A stretch of 64,000 nucleotides of DNA, taken from positions 22,976,001-23,040,000 of the forward strand of contig CP068257.2 in NCBI GenBank assembly GCA_009914755.4. The letters are read 5' to 3'. The stretch's first letter is position 1; the number at the start of each line of letters is the position of its first letter. Positions 12,580-26,555 of the stretch are shown in pieces. This stretch comes from the human T2T-CHM13v2.0 reference genome, Homo sapiens. Position numbers and translations under genes: made by a program. The notes under the pieces are model-generated. The model made no database searches and had not been told where the DNA came from. It was given only the letters and a program-made list of their open reading frames with translations.

Positions 12580-14280
12580 TGAAATCCACAGGTACTCTGC
12601 TGGAAAATTCCCTCTTTCTTGGGGAAGCCCCAGTCTTTGTGTTTTGTTTAAACCTTAAACTAAATGAGGCCCACCCAAATTAAGAAGGGAAATGGGTACT
12701 CAAAGTTTAAAGGTCAGGGAACCAATGGCGGATTCTGCTGGTTGCTGAGCATATCTGTTCCAACTATATGCTCTGGAACCAGAGAAATAACCACAGATGG
12801 GCTCAAGGACAGCTAAACCCACTGTGACACAGACCTTAGCTGAAACTCCATTGATCACCTGAGCTCTTTAAGCACCTAACTCTGACTAGTGGACCACAGC
12901 AGCATTCTGGGTCTCTTAAAATTTGTGTCAGTTCAGAGCCAGTGTCTAGGGGTCCCTGAAAGGTCCGATTAGTTCCTTTTCCAAAATGTGCAGTTAACCC
13001 ACAAAAAGCCTTATATGCCTTTGGATAAAGATAGGAGAAATAGTATACATTTTTGGCAGTATACTGAGGTCCCTCATCCAAACAACTTGGCCTCCCATTC
13101 ATTCAAAGGGATCTGGGTCTGAAAGCTGGCTCAAGCCTGGGAATTGATCGAGAGGTTGTTGTGACTCTGTTTTATGATTCAGCTTAGACTATTTTTCACT
13201 TGACCTAAAAATTTTCTGCTTATACAGATCAAGTAAGAATGTAGTAAGCCTCCTATTTCTTTCATTTCTAGAGGCACCGTGATTAACTTACCAAAGCTCT
13301 AGGTCTGCTCAAGTCAGATTATTCTGATTGTTGCTTTCACTCTGCTTTCCATTATGGTAACAACACCTGCCATTTGCAGTCGAGAGCTAAAACTTGGCTC
13401 TTGTGACACTGGAATCCAATTATTCCAATTACGTTTACATTTCCAAATCAGTGAATGCAGTTCCCACTGTAAGGTCTGACCTACAGAGAAGAACAATAAC
13501 AGCTTTTCAGTGGAGCTAGAACACCCCTCAAATATTTGTTTTTTACAATTGTAATGAAAGGTATGTTATGATGGGTAAATGGGTCTTAAATAACCTTAAA
13601 TAACCAGAGTAGGAAGGCAGGTCTTAAATGACAAATCCACTCTAACATTCCAATCTCATTAAGTCCTTGAATCTCTCCTCTCTATTAAACCAAGGCAGGT
13701 CTGGGCATTTCTCAGGTAATTACTGGGGGCTACCTTTTGATCTATGTTTTGTCTAATCGACATCCCCCCAAAATAAATCTGGTGGAGCCTCTTCTATTTC
13801 CTTGAGCTGCAACGTTAAATGCAGAATCTCTGCTTAGTGGGCCCATAACAATAACGTCGGCCTGATCCAACTTTAGGTTTCCCCCACCATTATCCCACAC
13901 TCTTAATATCTACTTTCACACCTATATCCCAGATTTCTGTCTGCATAAATTAGAAAACTCAGGTAGTTCTTTTGAAGTGTAGCATACTTCTTCGTAGGTC
14001 ATACTTTTTACCTCACCTTTAGGGGACTGCTGGAAACTGAGTCTAGTTGTAGGTCAAAGTGCAAAAGGAATGTTGGATTAAGTCTCGAGGAGAATAGCAT
14101 GTCTTGCCAGGTAATAGCCTCAACAAAGGCCATTACCATTTTCTCAGGCATTGCCCTGAAATGGAGGTTAAGAGACTGCTTCTACTGGCAAAAGAAGACC
14201 AAACAAATTTTAGGGGGTAAATGTCACCTGCTTTATCACTGTCTTTCCACATATCCCCATTCCAACTTTTAGGATCCCAT
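12580..14280 (-). mobile_element. Possible endogenous-retrovirus internal (gag-pro) relic
   Basis: The minus-strand ORF at 12836-13102 carries an aspartic-protease-like motif, FQGPLDTGSELTQIL. Further short minus-strand frames lie upstream (higher coordinates). The frame is broken and no LTR is evident. Confidence 0.22.
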
Positions 14281-14524
14281 TTCTTTTTTCTTTCTTTCTT
14301 TTTTTTTTTTCGAGATAGCATCTCGCTCTGTAGCCCAGGCTGGAGTGCAGTGGCACGATCTCAGCTTACTGCAACCTCTGCCTCCTGAGTTCAAGTGATT
14401 TTCTTGTCTCAGCCTCCCAAGTAGCTGAGACTACCATCATGCACCACCATCCCTGGCTAATTTTTGTATTTTTAGCAGAGATGGAGTTTCAACATGTTGG
14501 CCAAGCTGATCTTGAACTCCCAGG
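14281..14524 (-). mobile_element. Alu SINE, antisense, lacking about 40 bp of its 5' end
   Basis: The (TTTC)n/poly-T tail is followed by cgagatagcatctcgctctgtagcccaggctggagtgcagtggcacgatctcagc and runs on to ...gttggccaagctgatcttgaactcccagg. Confidence 0.85.
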
Positions 14525-14825
14525 ATCCCTTTTCTTCCCAATCAACATCCTTACTTTAATAGTACACACCATGAGAGGCTGGGAATTTAATTTGCATTGT
14601 AAGTCAGCCACTCACAGGATGAGATTCTGGGTTTTGTTTTCAGCAATCTCAGCCCTGTGGCTTCAGACTATATGAGACTCTTTTACTTTAGACGTAGAAG
14701 CTTTTGCTGTTTCATGCAATATTTTAGCTAGAAAATTTAATACCTGAGCTCATCCTCTTATTTCTCCTACTTTGTCTAGTGACATTAGGGGTAACCAGTC
14801 AATCTCATTCTACTCATTAGTTTGA

Positions 14826-14833
14826 CACATATA

Positions 14834-14867
<34 letters not shown>

Positions 14868-14968
14868 CATATATATATGTGTGTGTATATATATGTATAT
14901 ATATATATATACACACATATATATATGTATATATATATATACACACACACATATATATATATATATAT
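14826..14968. repeat. Compound (TG)n/(TA)n/(CA)n microsatellite
   Basis: Long alternating purine-pyrimidine dinucleotide run. The two overlapping track ORFs rich in C, V, Y and I here are artefacts of it. Confidence 0.9.
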
Positions 14969-16035
14969 GGCCAGATTATACCATGGACTATGAGTGGTTT
15001 CTTTACAACTAGAAATAGAGTCATAGTGTCTTAAAATCTGATTATATTACAGGACCAATTTCAGACAATTTAATATTAAGATGCTATTTTTTAGGAGTGC
15101 ATAATACTTATTGGAAAATAAAAATATTTTTAAAAGGTTCTATTTCTTAGGGCACATGGAAGAAGGAGGGATGAGGGCTAAAATAATCACCTATTAGATA
15201 CAATGTACAGTATTTGTGTTATGGTTACAGTAAAAGCCCAGAGTTCATCACTGTACAATTTATTCATGTAACCAAAAACCACTTGTAACCCTAAATCTAT
15301 TGAATTTATTTTTAAAATTCTATTTATTTAAAAAATATTTATGGATACCAAATAGTTTTATGAGGTACATATGATATTTTAATACAAGTATACATTGTGT
15401 AATAATCGAATAAAGATAATTGGGATATCTATCACCTCAAACATTTATCATCTCTCTGTGCCAGAAACATACCTCATGACATCAAAATCTGTATTAATAA
15501 GGATTCTCCAGAGGAACAGAACCAATAGGATATGTGTATATATAGAAAGAGATTTAATATATAAAAAAACTTGCTCACGGGAGTGTGAGCAGGCAAACCC
15601 AGGAGACCTAATGTGCAATTCCAAAGGCTGGCAGTTTGGAGACCCAGCAAAGCAAATGGTACAGACAAAGTCTGAAGGCAGTGTTCTGAGGAATTGAATG
15701 ACTGGGGAGATGCCTATTTTTTTGTTGTTCTATTCAGGCCTTTAATTGATCTGATGAGGCCTACCTACATTAAGGAGTACAATCTGCTTTACTCAGTGTT
15801 CACTCTCTAAAATGACATTCTCATACAAATACACATCCCAATTTATCACATAAAATTCACTGTCATAGGTAGAAGATGGATGCTAAAAGAGTTGGATACA
15901 ACTTGTTGAATACAAGGTCAATGTGTCCACATGTAAATTACTTCCTAAATACAAAAGAAAAGCAATGATAGCAGAGAAATTTAAATTATCTCATCCAAGT
16001 GACCAGAGTATAATAATACAGTAATAAGTTATACT

Positions 16036-16438
<403 letters not shown>

Positions 16439-16689
16439 TCATCTAGGTATTACTCCTGATAGTTATATATAGCCTAGAGTGAATCATGGGAAAGCAATCA
16501 GACAAACTCAACTACCGTCTATTATTCTTCAATAATGGAAAATGCTGAGAAAATGTTGCCAAATTAAGGAACACTACAATATATGACAAGTATTAATAAA
16601 TGCAATGAAGTTTCCTGAATTTGAGAATAGATAAGAAAATATGAATATGACAGTACCTTTTGACAAAAATGTAAAGGGTCTTAGTGAAA

Positions 16690-17770
16690 CTGCCATTGCA
16701 AAATTAGAACTGAGACAGTGACAGAGATCTGGCCTAACCAACTCTATCTTGCTTGTAACCTCCAAGCTGTCCTTGTTCATTCCTGGACCTAGGCTGAACT
16801 AACCTTAGGAGGAACTCAGTTTACAGTTTATAGGTTAAAACAAAGATAATAACAGCTCTTTCCCAAAACAAACTTCCATCTTGTCTGGGACTAGACTGCC
16901 TTTGTAGGACTAACAAATTAACCAAAAAAATAGAAATTATGATTGAGGAGTCATGCAGCTGAAGGCTACAAGATTCTGACCTTCCCCAAATTGTTCCTGG
17001 GGATAACATCACTGTTGTTTTTTTGTTTGTTTGTGTTTGTTTGTTTGTTTTTGAGACAGAGTCTTGCTCTGTCACCCAGGCTGGAGTGCAGTGTCACTGT
17101 CTAGGCTCACTGCAACCTCCGCCTCCTGGGTTCACACCATTCTCTTGCCTCAGCCTCCCCAGTAGCTGAGACTACAGGCGCCTGCCACCACGCCCGGCTA
17201 ATTTTTCTTTTCTTTTTTTTTTTTTTTAGTAGACACGGGGTTTCACCATGTTAGCCAGGATGGTCTCTATCTCCTGACCTCATGATCCGCCCACCTCAGC
17301 CTCCCAAATTGCTGGGATTACAGGCGTGAGCCAACGCGCCCGGCAACATCACTATTATAAAGCTGAAAATCAGTGCTTGAGATATTTTGCAGGCCCTTCA
17401 TTAGAGGAATCAGCTGGCACTACTCGGATGGATAAAAGGTCTCATCTGATCTTGTGTCCCCCACTCAGGAAATGACTTAAGTGCAAGATAGCTATGATTC
17501 CCTATAACTTCATCTTCGACTCAACCAGTGGGCACTCCTGACTCACTGGCTGCCCCCGACACCCACCAAATTATCCTTAACAACTCTCATCCTCAAATGA
17601 CTGGGGAGACTGATTTAAGTAATAGTAAAACTCCAGTCTCCTGCACAGCTGGTTCTGGATGAATTACTCTTTCTCTAATGCAATTTCCCTATCTTGATAA
17701 ATTGGCTCTGTCTAGGCAGAAGGCAAGTTGAACCCAGTGAATGGTTACAATGGTACCTGCAATTTATTCA
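16690..17770 (+). mobile_element. Unclassified LTR-like interspersed repeat, copy 1, interrupted by the Alu at 17014-17344
   Basis: Homologous block for block (about 75-80% by eye) to 39070-39880. Examples: ctctatcttgcttgtaacctccaagctgtccttgttcattcctggacctaggctgaactaacc matches ccatcttgcttctggcgttgtaggctgattgtcctcgctcattcctgggcataggccaagctaacc, and gataacatcact..ttataaagctgaaaatcagtgcttgagatattttgcag matches gatagcatcattattgtggaagctaacattggtcttttgagatgttttccag. Confidence 0.5.
17014..17344 (-). mobile_element. Full-length Alu SINE, antisense, with a (GTTT)n/poly-T tail and a 9-12 bp TSD
   Basis: gagacagagtcttgctctgtcacccaggctggagtgcagtg ... ggcgtgagccaacgcgcccggc. The TSD aacatcact(g/a)tt sits at 17005-17016 and 17345-17356. 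The uninterrupted homologous copy at about 39490 reads through the same site. Confidence 0.9.
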
Positions 17771-17991
17771 CAAACTGTTGAGCAAATAGTAATGTTAATA
17801 TTTGTGGAGTAAAGGTAAAGCAAGCATGGAAAACTTAGTAGCATATGTAGTTGATCAACTCTAGGGCTGGAAAAAGAGGGCCCTAACATTGCTGTCAGCT
17901 AGACCAAATTCTAGGCAGACTTCCTCCTGCACCTAGGTCTCTGATCTCTTATCCCTTAAATGATTTATTTTTTAAAAAAAATACTTGTAAT

Positions 17992-17992
<1 letters not shown>

Positions 17993-18022
<30 letters not shown>

Positions 18023-18081
18023 ATATATATGTATGTATGTGTGTGTGCGTGTGTATATATATATATATTTTTTTTTTTTTT
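17993..18081. repeat. (TA)n/(TG)n microsatellite plus a poly-T run
   Basis: atatatatatatatatatgtatgtgtgtatatatatgtatgtatgtgtgtgtgcgtgtgtatatatatatatattttttttttttt seen directly. Confidence 0.9.
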
Positions 18082-19352
18082 ACTCTTTTGAGATGTAAAT
18101 CTTTTAAAAAGCCTCTTGCCAGTTTTAAAACCCGGGAATGTCTTTCTCTAGATCTGGGAACTGTCCCTTTGAAACGTAATCATCAGGAAAAAGCAATCCT
18201 AATTCTTAGTCCCTGTGGGAGTTTAGGCACATATAACTTCAGTGTAACTTGGAGCAAGGCTACAAGACATTCTGTCATAAACATAGAAGAAAATTTACTT
18301 TTTGCTGGAGTAAAGCCAATTAGCCAATACGCATGACTAGTTTACAGAAAAATAAAACACATTTGCAAATAATGCAAACATAATGTGCTGGACATATCCC
18401 AGGGATCAACTGCCTACCTCACGTCCTCCATGACTTTTCTACTAGCTCACCCCAGAGTTTAAAAACCCTTCTCTCCTGACTTTTCCAGGAAAGACTGACA
18501 CTTAGAGTGAGAGAAATCACTAGTAAGTGTTCTGTGATCATAATGAGGAAATCCATTGTGAGGGCCTCGGGAGAGCTTTCTCCTTAGTCCTCTGAATGTT
18601 TGCTAAAAAAAAAAATCAACTCCCAAATGGCAGATTTATACACGAAAAGGCATACAAATTCTATTTGGCATGTCTACATGGAAGCCTTCAGAATGAAGAC
18701 CCAACCCCACAACAAAGTACAGAAGCTTATATACCATCCTGAGGTTATAGAAAGAACGCAGGCTCAGAGCATGGCCCAAAAACAGGTTCTAGTGTTAAGG
18801 CAGTTTAAAGGAGGGAGAAAAGAAGAGGTTTGGCTAGCAAAGGGGGCCTTGTTGTGTAGCCTCACAGTAGTAGCCCTCAGAGAGAATAAATGGTGAAAGT
18901 TTCTTTTCAGACTTTTGAAAGTGTCAGACTGTCAATCTCTCCTAGATGTGGAAAAGGTCCTGAAAAGCAAGGCCTGGCCGCATTAATGGAGATTCTCTAT
19001 AATGCAAATATTCCCCACAAAAGATACCTCTGCAAGGCCACTCTGGTGACTCTTCAGCAGCCATTTAAAAATATGTCAAAAAATGCATTTTGGGGTAAAA
19101 TATTTTGATTTTCTTCACCATTATGGCTTTAGTCTTTATTTTTGGTAGCTAGCCTAGCAGCAGCATCTCAATAGATTTAAACCAAAAAAACAAGAAGCAT
19201 TTCAACAATTGCTATATATTCATATTATAACTCTGAGAAAGCAGTCATTTGCCTCCTGGGGAAGTTTACTGACTGTATATTGTGTATTACAAAATGCTTT
19301 TATTTTTTATTTCTTTCAAGTTGTTTTGAAGATATATTTTTCATTTAATGTA

Positions 19353-19600
19353 TTCAGTTGGCTGCTCAAATTTTCTCTTACCATATTTCTATTTCTTTTC
19401 TTTCCCCATGTATAGTTGTTTTGTATATTAACTTTGGCTGGAGACTTGACCGGTGACGAATCTGTATTTTTTTAATTCAGTCAATGTTTAAGAAAACTGC
19501 CCCCAAGCTACTCTAACACAAAACCTTTTGATGTAATCTAATCCATAATCATTATCTGGAAAGAAGTTAACAGTTCTGATAAAATGCTTAAAGAGTCACG
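19353..19600 (+). repeat. Copy A of a local duplication of about 250 bp
   Basis: Aligns at about 80% by eye to 20050-20293: ttcagttggct..., ccccatgtat, caatgttt.aagaaaa..cccccaagcta.tctaacacaaaac.ttttg, and cataatca..atctggaaagaagttaaca.ttctgataaa.tgc.taaag. Confidence 0.75.
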
Positions 19601-20049
19601 TGAAATTATATTGCATTGAAATTATATCAATAATTGAGAAATTTAAAATGTAATAATTGTTTTATTCACTATTAACATTTGAGAGGATTGCTTTAGTTTG
19701 ACTTTTTAGTTCTGTCTACATGAATCAGAAAGGGATAGGGTTTTTTCTTTCTTCTCTCAAAAAACATAGGAAAAAATTTAAGAAAGAGAATATTTTATAT
19801 TTTAATATCGAATACTAAAATCTGGACATTTACACCTTACATAGTCTGCTTTATCTCAGCTACCAGCACTTGGAGTAAAAATTTAAAAGCATTTTGACAT
19901 TCTTCTGCTGGGTCAGGGATTCTGTGGTAGTATTATCCTATCAGGGGATGCTGGAACAACATAACTGTCAATCATCCCTAGCTCTGAACAATCAAATCCA
20001 TTTTCACAAAAGCTAAAGAGTTACTAAGTACCCCAGAGCAGTTCCACTA

Positions 20050-20293
20050 TTCAGTTGGCTTTTTCATTGTTCTTTTTCCATATCCCCATCTTCCCCCCAT
20101 GTATTCTCATTTTGCATTTTAACTTTACCTGCATTCCTGACCTTGGCTACCCTATATTTCATTATCCAATCAATGTTTTAAGAAAAGGCCCCCAAGCTAA
20201 TCTAACACAAAACTTTTGGTTCCATTTAATTCATAATCACCATCTGGAAAGAAGTTAACACTTCTGATAAATGCATAAAGATTGTTCTTAAAA
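20050..20293 (+). repeat. Copy B of the same local duplication
   Basis: Same evidence as copy A. The copies sit about 700 bp apart in the same orientation. Confidence 0.75.
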
Positions 20294-20295
20294 TT

Positions 20296-20830
20296 TTTAA
20301 AGCTATTTAAACTTTTTTTGCAGTAACACTAAGGGGAAAGAGAAACCCTCTCATATTGTTTTATATTGTTTTATATTCAGTACCTGTTTTAAGAAAAAAC
20401 AAGGAAGTAAAACCAAAGACCAGCAGCCCGGCACTAGGCCCAAAACCAGGCTTGGGCCTGCCTGGCCTAAACCCAGTAGTTAAAAATCAACTCATAACTT
20501 AGAAACCGATGTTATTCATATATTCCAGACACTGTATAGAAGAACATTGTGAAACTCCCTGCCCTGTTCTGTTTCTCTCTGACCACCGGTGCATGCAGCC
20601 CCTGTCACATACCACCTGCTTGCTCAAATCAATCACGACCCTTTCATGTGAAATCTTTAGTGTTGTGAGTCCTTAAAAGAGACAGAAATCGTGCATTCGG
20701 GGAGCTCGGATTTTAAGACAGTAGCTTGCCGACGTTCCCAGCTGAATAAAGCCCTTCCTTCCACAACTCAGTGTCTGAGAGGTTTTGTCTGCAGCTCGTC
20801 TTGCTACAATACCACAATCTACTCTATCAG
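20296..20830 (+). mobile_element. LTR-like segment (possible solitary ERV LTR)
   Basis: Carries ...gctgaataaagcccttccttccacaactcagtgtctgagaggttttgtctgcagctcgtcttgctaca. That is a poly-A signal followed by a U5-like tail ending in CA, a pattern typical of class I ERV LTRs. The family is not identified. Confidence 0.35.
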
Positions 20831-21949
20831 CTGTCCATCAAGAATTCAATGACTACTTATTGGTCAGTACTTTCTCTTTTGATGTAACCTAAAAATGAAT
20901 ACTTTGTTCCTGTAAAATGTCTCTTTCAAGATTAGATTGCAGAACTGGCCTATTAGATGTCATTTCCTTTAAAGCAAAATTATAATAATTTTTTGTATAT
21001 ATTTATAAAGTATTTGAATGCTTTTGTATAATATGATGCAAATATTCTATTTCATTTTAAATCTCATTTCAATTACTTTTTTCAGATTAACGCTATAAAC
21101 CTGAGTGCATACGTGTGCATGAATACCTTTATATAATGCATTTATCCCAAGTTCTTACCTGCCTTCTTCCTCAAAGAAGATTTAGAATCTTGACTTCAAA
21201 ACCCAACTCTTGGAGGCATTCTTCTCAACTCCTAAAACAACAGAATAAAAATTGGGTGTAAGAGACTAGAAATGTCAATTATGGGAAGAAGTGTTTACTT
21301 TTGAAAGACTAAATTCATTCTGAGTGCAGGATGATTACAGAAATAGCAAATTCCACACAGCTTGGGGTTGGGGCTGAGGAGAGGTATGCTGGAACAACCA
21401 AGGTTTTTAAGAAAAGATGATAGATGTGGGGGAAAGAAGGGCTGATCAAGAATTAGAATTTGTATACCTTTCATGTTTTGGGGGAAACACAAGAAAGAAA
21501 TTGTTTTCTTTTGAAATTAGTTCAAGAGACGTAAACTTTCTAGTAGATGTAAGCATTTGATGTACATAGATACAGACGTTTTGTAAGAAAGGTGTACATC
21601 AAAAGTAAAATTCTGTGCCCTCTGACAGACTCAGTGGATCCTCCTCTTGGCCAAGGGGATCTCAAACCTGAAAAACATGTTTAGTTCATGATGGAAAGGA
21701 AGATCAGACATGTCTTATTGTAACCCCTGCCTTTTGGAGTTTATGCACAATTGACCAGCATTAACATTAAAAGACAGATGATGACACTGACAAAATGGAT
21801 TATTTATAGTAATAAGATACCAAATTCCAACCTGACTCTGGTATAACATCTCATGACAGATAAAAGGTCATGAAAAAAATCAGAGTATTTTACCCCAAAA
21901 TATATTTCTTTGAAATATGTTGAAATTGCCCTGCAAAGGCATCCCTCAT

Positions 21950-22480
21950 GTGGGAAATTGCATTCTATAGAGACTCTACTTCCCTTTCTTGGTCTTTTCT
22001 GAATCCAAGAGAGATTTAACTAAGGCTTTAACACCTTTTAAGATCCAATAAGAGAAATTTACCATTTATTCTCTCTGAAGCCGGCTACTTAGAGGCTTCA
22101 TCTACATAATAACAACCTTGGCTTCCACAACTCCTGTAATCTTAATGCAAACATTTCTTTCTGCTGATTTAATGAGGCAAAGCTTAATTCTTTGAACCAA
22201 TTGCCAATCCAAAAGTCTTCAAAGCCACCTATGTCCTGTAGCCTCTTTCACTTTGAGATGTCCCCCCCATTCCAGGCTGAACCAATGGATCACTTACACA
22301 TATTGATTTATGTCTTTGCCTGTAACTCCTGTCTCAAAAATGTATAAAACCAAGTTGCAACCCATCCACCTCCAACACATGATCTCAAGACTTCTTGGGA
22401 CTTGAGAGGTATGGGCCATAAGTCACTCATATGTGGCTTAGGATAAATCTCTTTAAATATTTTACAGAGTTTGACTTTTT
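21950..22480 (+). mobile_element. Possible LTR-like repeat carrying CCAAT and TATAAAA motifs
   Basis: aaccaatggatcac...tgtaactcctgtctcaaaaatgtataaaaccaagttgcaacccatccacc...ggataaatctctttaaatatttt. Pattern recognition only. Confidence 0.2.
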
Positions 22481-24676
22481 TGTCAACAATGGATTTTCTA
22501 AATTAATTAATTGCTTCTTTCATAAATAAAAGATTAAATATCAAAAACTAATAACTGACTGCTTTCAAGATATAAACAAGCTCATACATTTGTGGAGGAA
22601 TCCCTCTTGTGAGCATGGCTATTTTATGGTAGATTTGGGGTCAAGTGAAGAAAAGATGATTCACCCACTCCAAGTGGAGGACTTTAATGAATGTAAAGGA
22701 GAGAATGTAAAGGAACCAGTTCATACAAACTTTAAGAATACACAAGGTATTTTAGGGAGAACAGAGGGAAACACACACAGAAATAGGTAGTATGAGAACA
22801 TGATTCTTCTCTGCTTCGTAATCGGTGTGTTTGGGTTATATTGTTAGGGGAAAAGGGTCCTGATCCAGACCCCAAGCCATGGTTCTTGGATCATGAGCAA
22901 GAAAGAATTCAGGGCAAGTCCATAGAATAAAGTGAAAGCGAGTTTATTAAAAAAGTAGAGAAATAAGAGAATGGTTATTCTATAGACAGAGTAGACCCGA
23001 AGGCTTCTTGTTGCCCATTTTTATGGTTATTTCTTGATTATATCCTAAACAAGGGGTGGATTATTCATGCCTTTCCTTTTTAGACCATATAGGGTAACTT
23101 CCTGACATTTCCATGACATCTGCAACTGACATGGTGCTGGTGGGAGTGTAGCAGTGAGGATGACCAGAGAACACTCCCATTGCCATCTTGGTTTTGGTGG
23201 GTTTTAGCCAGCTTCTTTACTGCAGTCTGTTTTATCAGCAAGGTCTTTATGACCTGTATCCTGTGCTGACCTCCTATCTCATCCTTTAAGTTAGAATGCT
23301 TAATCATCTGAGAGTGCAGCCCAGAAGGTTTCAACCTCATTTTACCCAACCCTTACTCAAGATATTTGTTGCTCTGGTTCAAAGGCCTCTGACAGTACTA
23401 GTTTGTTTCTGTTTTTGTTTTTTTTTTTTTCTATTCATATTGATTTTAGAATTAGTTCATAGATTTCTACAAAAAAAGTCTACTGGGATATTGCTTGGGA
23501 TTGTGTTGAAGCTATAATATATATCAAATTTTGACAAATAGCGCTCTTAATAATATTAGGAATTCTCATCCATAAATATATATTTATTAATATTTAAGTC
23601 TTTAATTTTTCTTTGTAACATTTTATTTGTAGTATACAATTCTTTCACACCATACGTATAATCTCTTAGTATGTATTTTATATTGTTGGTGCAGTTATAA
23701 ATGCATTTTTTCAATTTCTGATAGTTCATTGCTAGCATGTAGATATACAATGTTTGCACATGGATTATTAATTTTGATACTATGCTAGTAGGTTTCTAAA
23801 ATAGAATTTATAGGATTTCTTATATAAATGATCAAGCCATTTGCAAATAAAAACCATATTGATGTATATTCCTTCTCGCATGCTTTTCCCACTTTGAGAT
23901 ATTGGCACACTCCATTGAGTGCAGGGTCAATATTTTCAGCCTTTAAATATGTGAAACTTTTCTAATGCATTGACCAAAAGTCAACTAAATGATAATTTCT
24001 GTTTTTAAGAGTCTTAAGATCTGTGGTAGTTTGTGATATAGTAATATCAGAACAGATTTAAAACAAATTGTTTTATTTTATGCCATACTGCACTCTTTAG
24101 AGGGCATGACACTATACACAATGCACATTTGAAAAATAGAGAGTTACCTCTGCTTTCTTCAAGGAAGAATATCTACATAAATTATTCAGAACTTTTTGCA
24201 TGGGGGATTTGTTTATTCTCACTCTACTTATTCAACGATTTTTATGTCAGTATGGACTTAAGGTTGTTTATTATATACTTGGTGTAACACCTGCTAATCC
24301 ATCTGCTCGTAACTAAAGGCACGCAACATATGCTTTTAATTGATTTGATAAATATATTTTAAAGAATGTCTTTAAATGTTCACTTATCATATATATTCTC
24401 ATGATTATATTCTGGTGATGCATCCCCCATACACACATATACATAAATTTCTGATAACTAAGAAATTTACCTTTCTTGCCCTTATCTAATGAATTTTCAC
24501 TTGAAATATTAAGGGGGTAAGGAAAGAAGGAGTGATGAAGAAAGATAAAGGAAGCCAACACCATAGTATTTAATTGGTCCATTAGGCAACTCATTCCTTC
24601 ACCAATTTCTTAGCAAACCCAGGTGATAAATAGTTAAATTATAACTTATGAGATATATTACTTAAAACAAAAATCC

Positions 24677-24958
<282 letters not shown>

Positions 24959-25446
24959 TTAACCTTTTAACTTTTAAGCAAGTCAAGGTTTACCAGACTA
25001 ATGATAAATTCAACTTCAGTCATACGTGGAATTCGTTTTCTCTGTCTTTTCTAGAAATAATTAAGAATGTTATTTATATTCACACAGTTTATTTTTTAAA
25101 TGGCTCTCTTGTTTCCATACACGATGGGTTTTTATGTCAAAATAAAATTACTACAAAATTTTAATATGCCAAATACAGACTATATAAGCACCTGAATTTT
25201 TTAATTCTTAGTTCTGTGTCTTTGTTTCACCTAACATTTTTAATCATTAGTTCTGTGTCTTTGTGGATTTTGCTTGAAGTTATGTGCTTTAGATGACATC
25301 AATTATTTTTACTTTTACGTTTGTGTAAACTAAGGTTTTAGCTATATTTAGCAGTTGTCGCTAACACATCTCCTTCTACAAAGACAATATCTTTTTATAC
25401 TCCCTGCAAGGGTCAAACGAACTCAAACTTAACTAAACTAAATTAA

Positions 25447-25827
<381 letters not shown>

Positions 25828-26555
25828 CTCTCTTCTTTTTATAATAATATTTGCTTTTTATAGTTGGGCTAATAAAATTGAAATTCAAAAAAAGAATTAA
25901 CTATTTATGTAAAACCTCACCCTTTTTTCCCTCTCTGATAACCAAGAGCTTGTGCTCTCTGATAAAGTAGTAGCATGCACGTTTTCTCCCCACGCTGTGT
26001 CCTCAGAGGTTTACTGCTAATTTCCAAAGTTGCTACCTAATAGGAAAGAGCACAGGACTCCCCAGCCCAGACCACCAATTATGTTGTATAACATTAATAC
26101 TAAAAATTAATTAGCTTACTATCCTCACCTTCAAAACTATAGCATCTCAATTCCACTCCACCTCCCAATGTTTCCTCTTAACTCTTTGTGTTCACGAATG
26201 AGAATGTCACACACATTCTATTTTTAGATGTCTTTCATATTCCATTTTCTTTAGCACCAGTATGTAATTCCATTGCTTAGTCCCATCACCACTTATGCAA
26301 ACAGCGCCATCTTTGAAGATGTGTTGAGTTGCTCCTCCACCAGTACTATTAGGCAATGAGTTGTCTAATGGACCAATTACATGCTGTTGTGCCACTGCTT
26401 TGTGCCACTCTAGTGCTGTTGTGACACTAGATGCTCTGCCATGTTCTAGGCAAATATGGGGATAAATACCTATTCCAAAAGAAGTACTCTCTGTGACTTA
26501 AATCTTATAACACATTATGTAACTTTAACCTCACTTCAGAGAAAGGGACATCTTT

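Noticed and set aside
22800-23300. Sequence with an interspersed-repeat feel (ggtcctgatccagaccccaagccatgg…, ...ccatatagggtaacttcctgacatttccatgacatctgcaactgacatggtgctggtggg...)
   Set aside because: I could not match it to any family consensus I remember, and it has no terminal or structural hallmarks such as a TSD, poly-A or TG..CA ends. I left it unannotated rather than guess.
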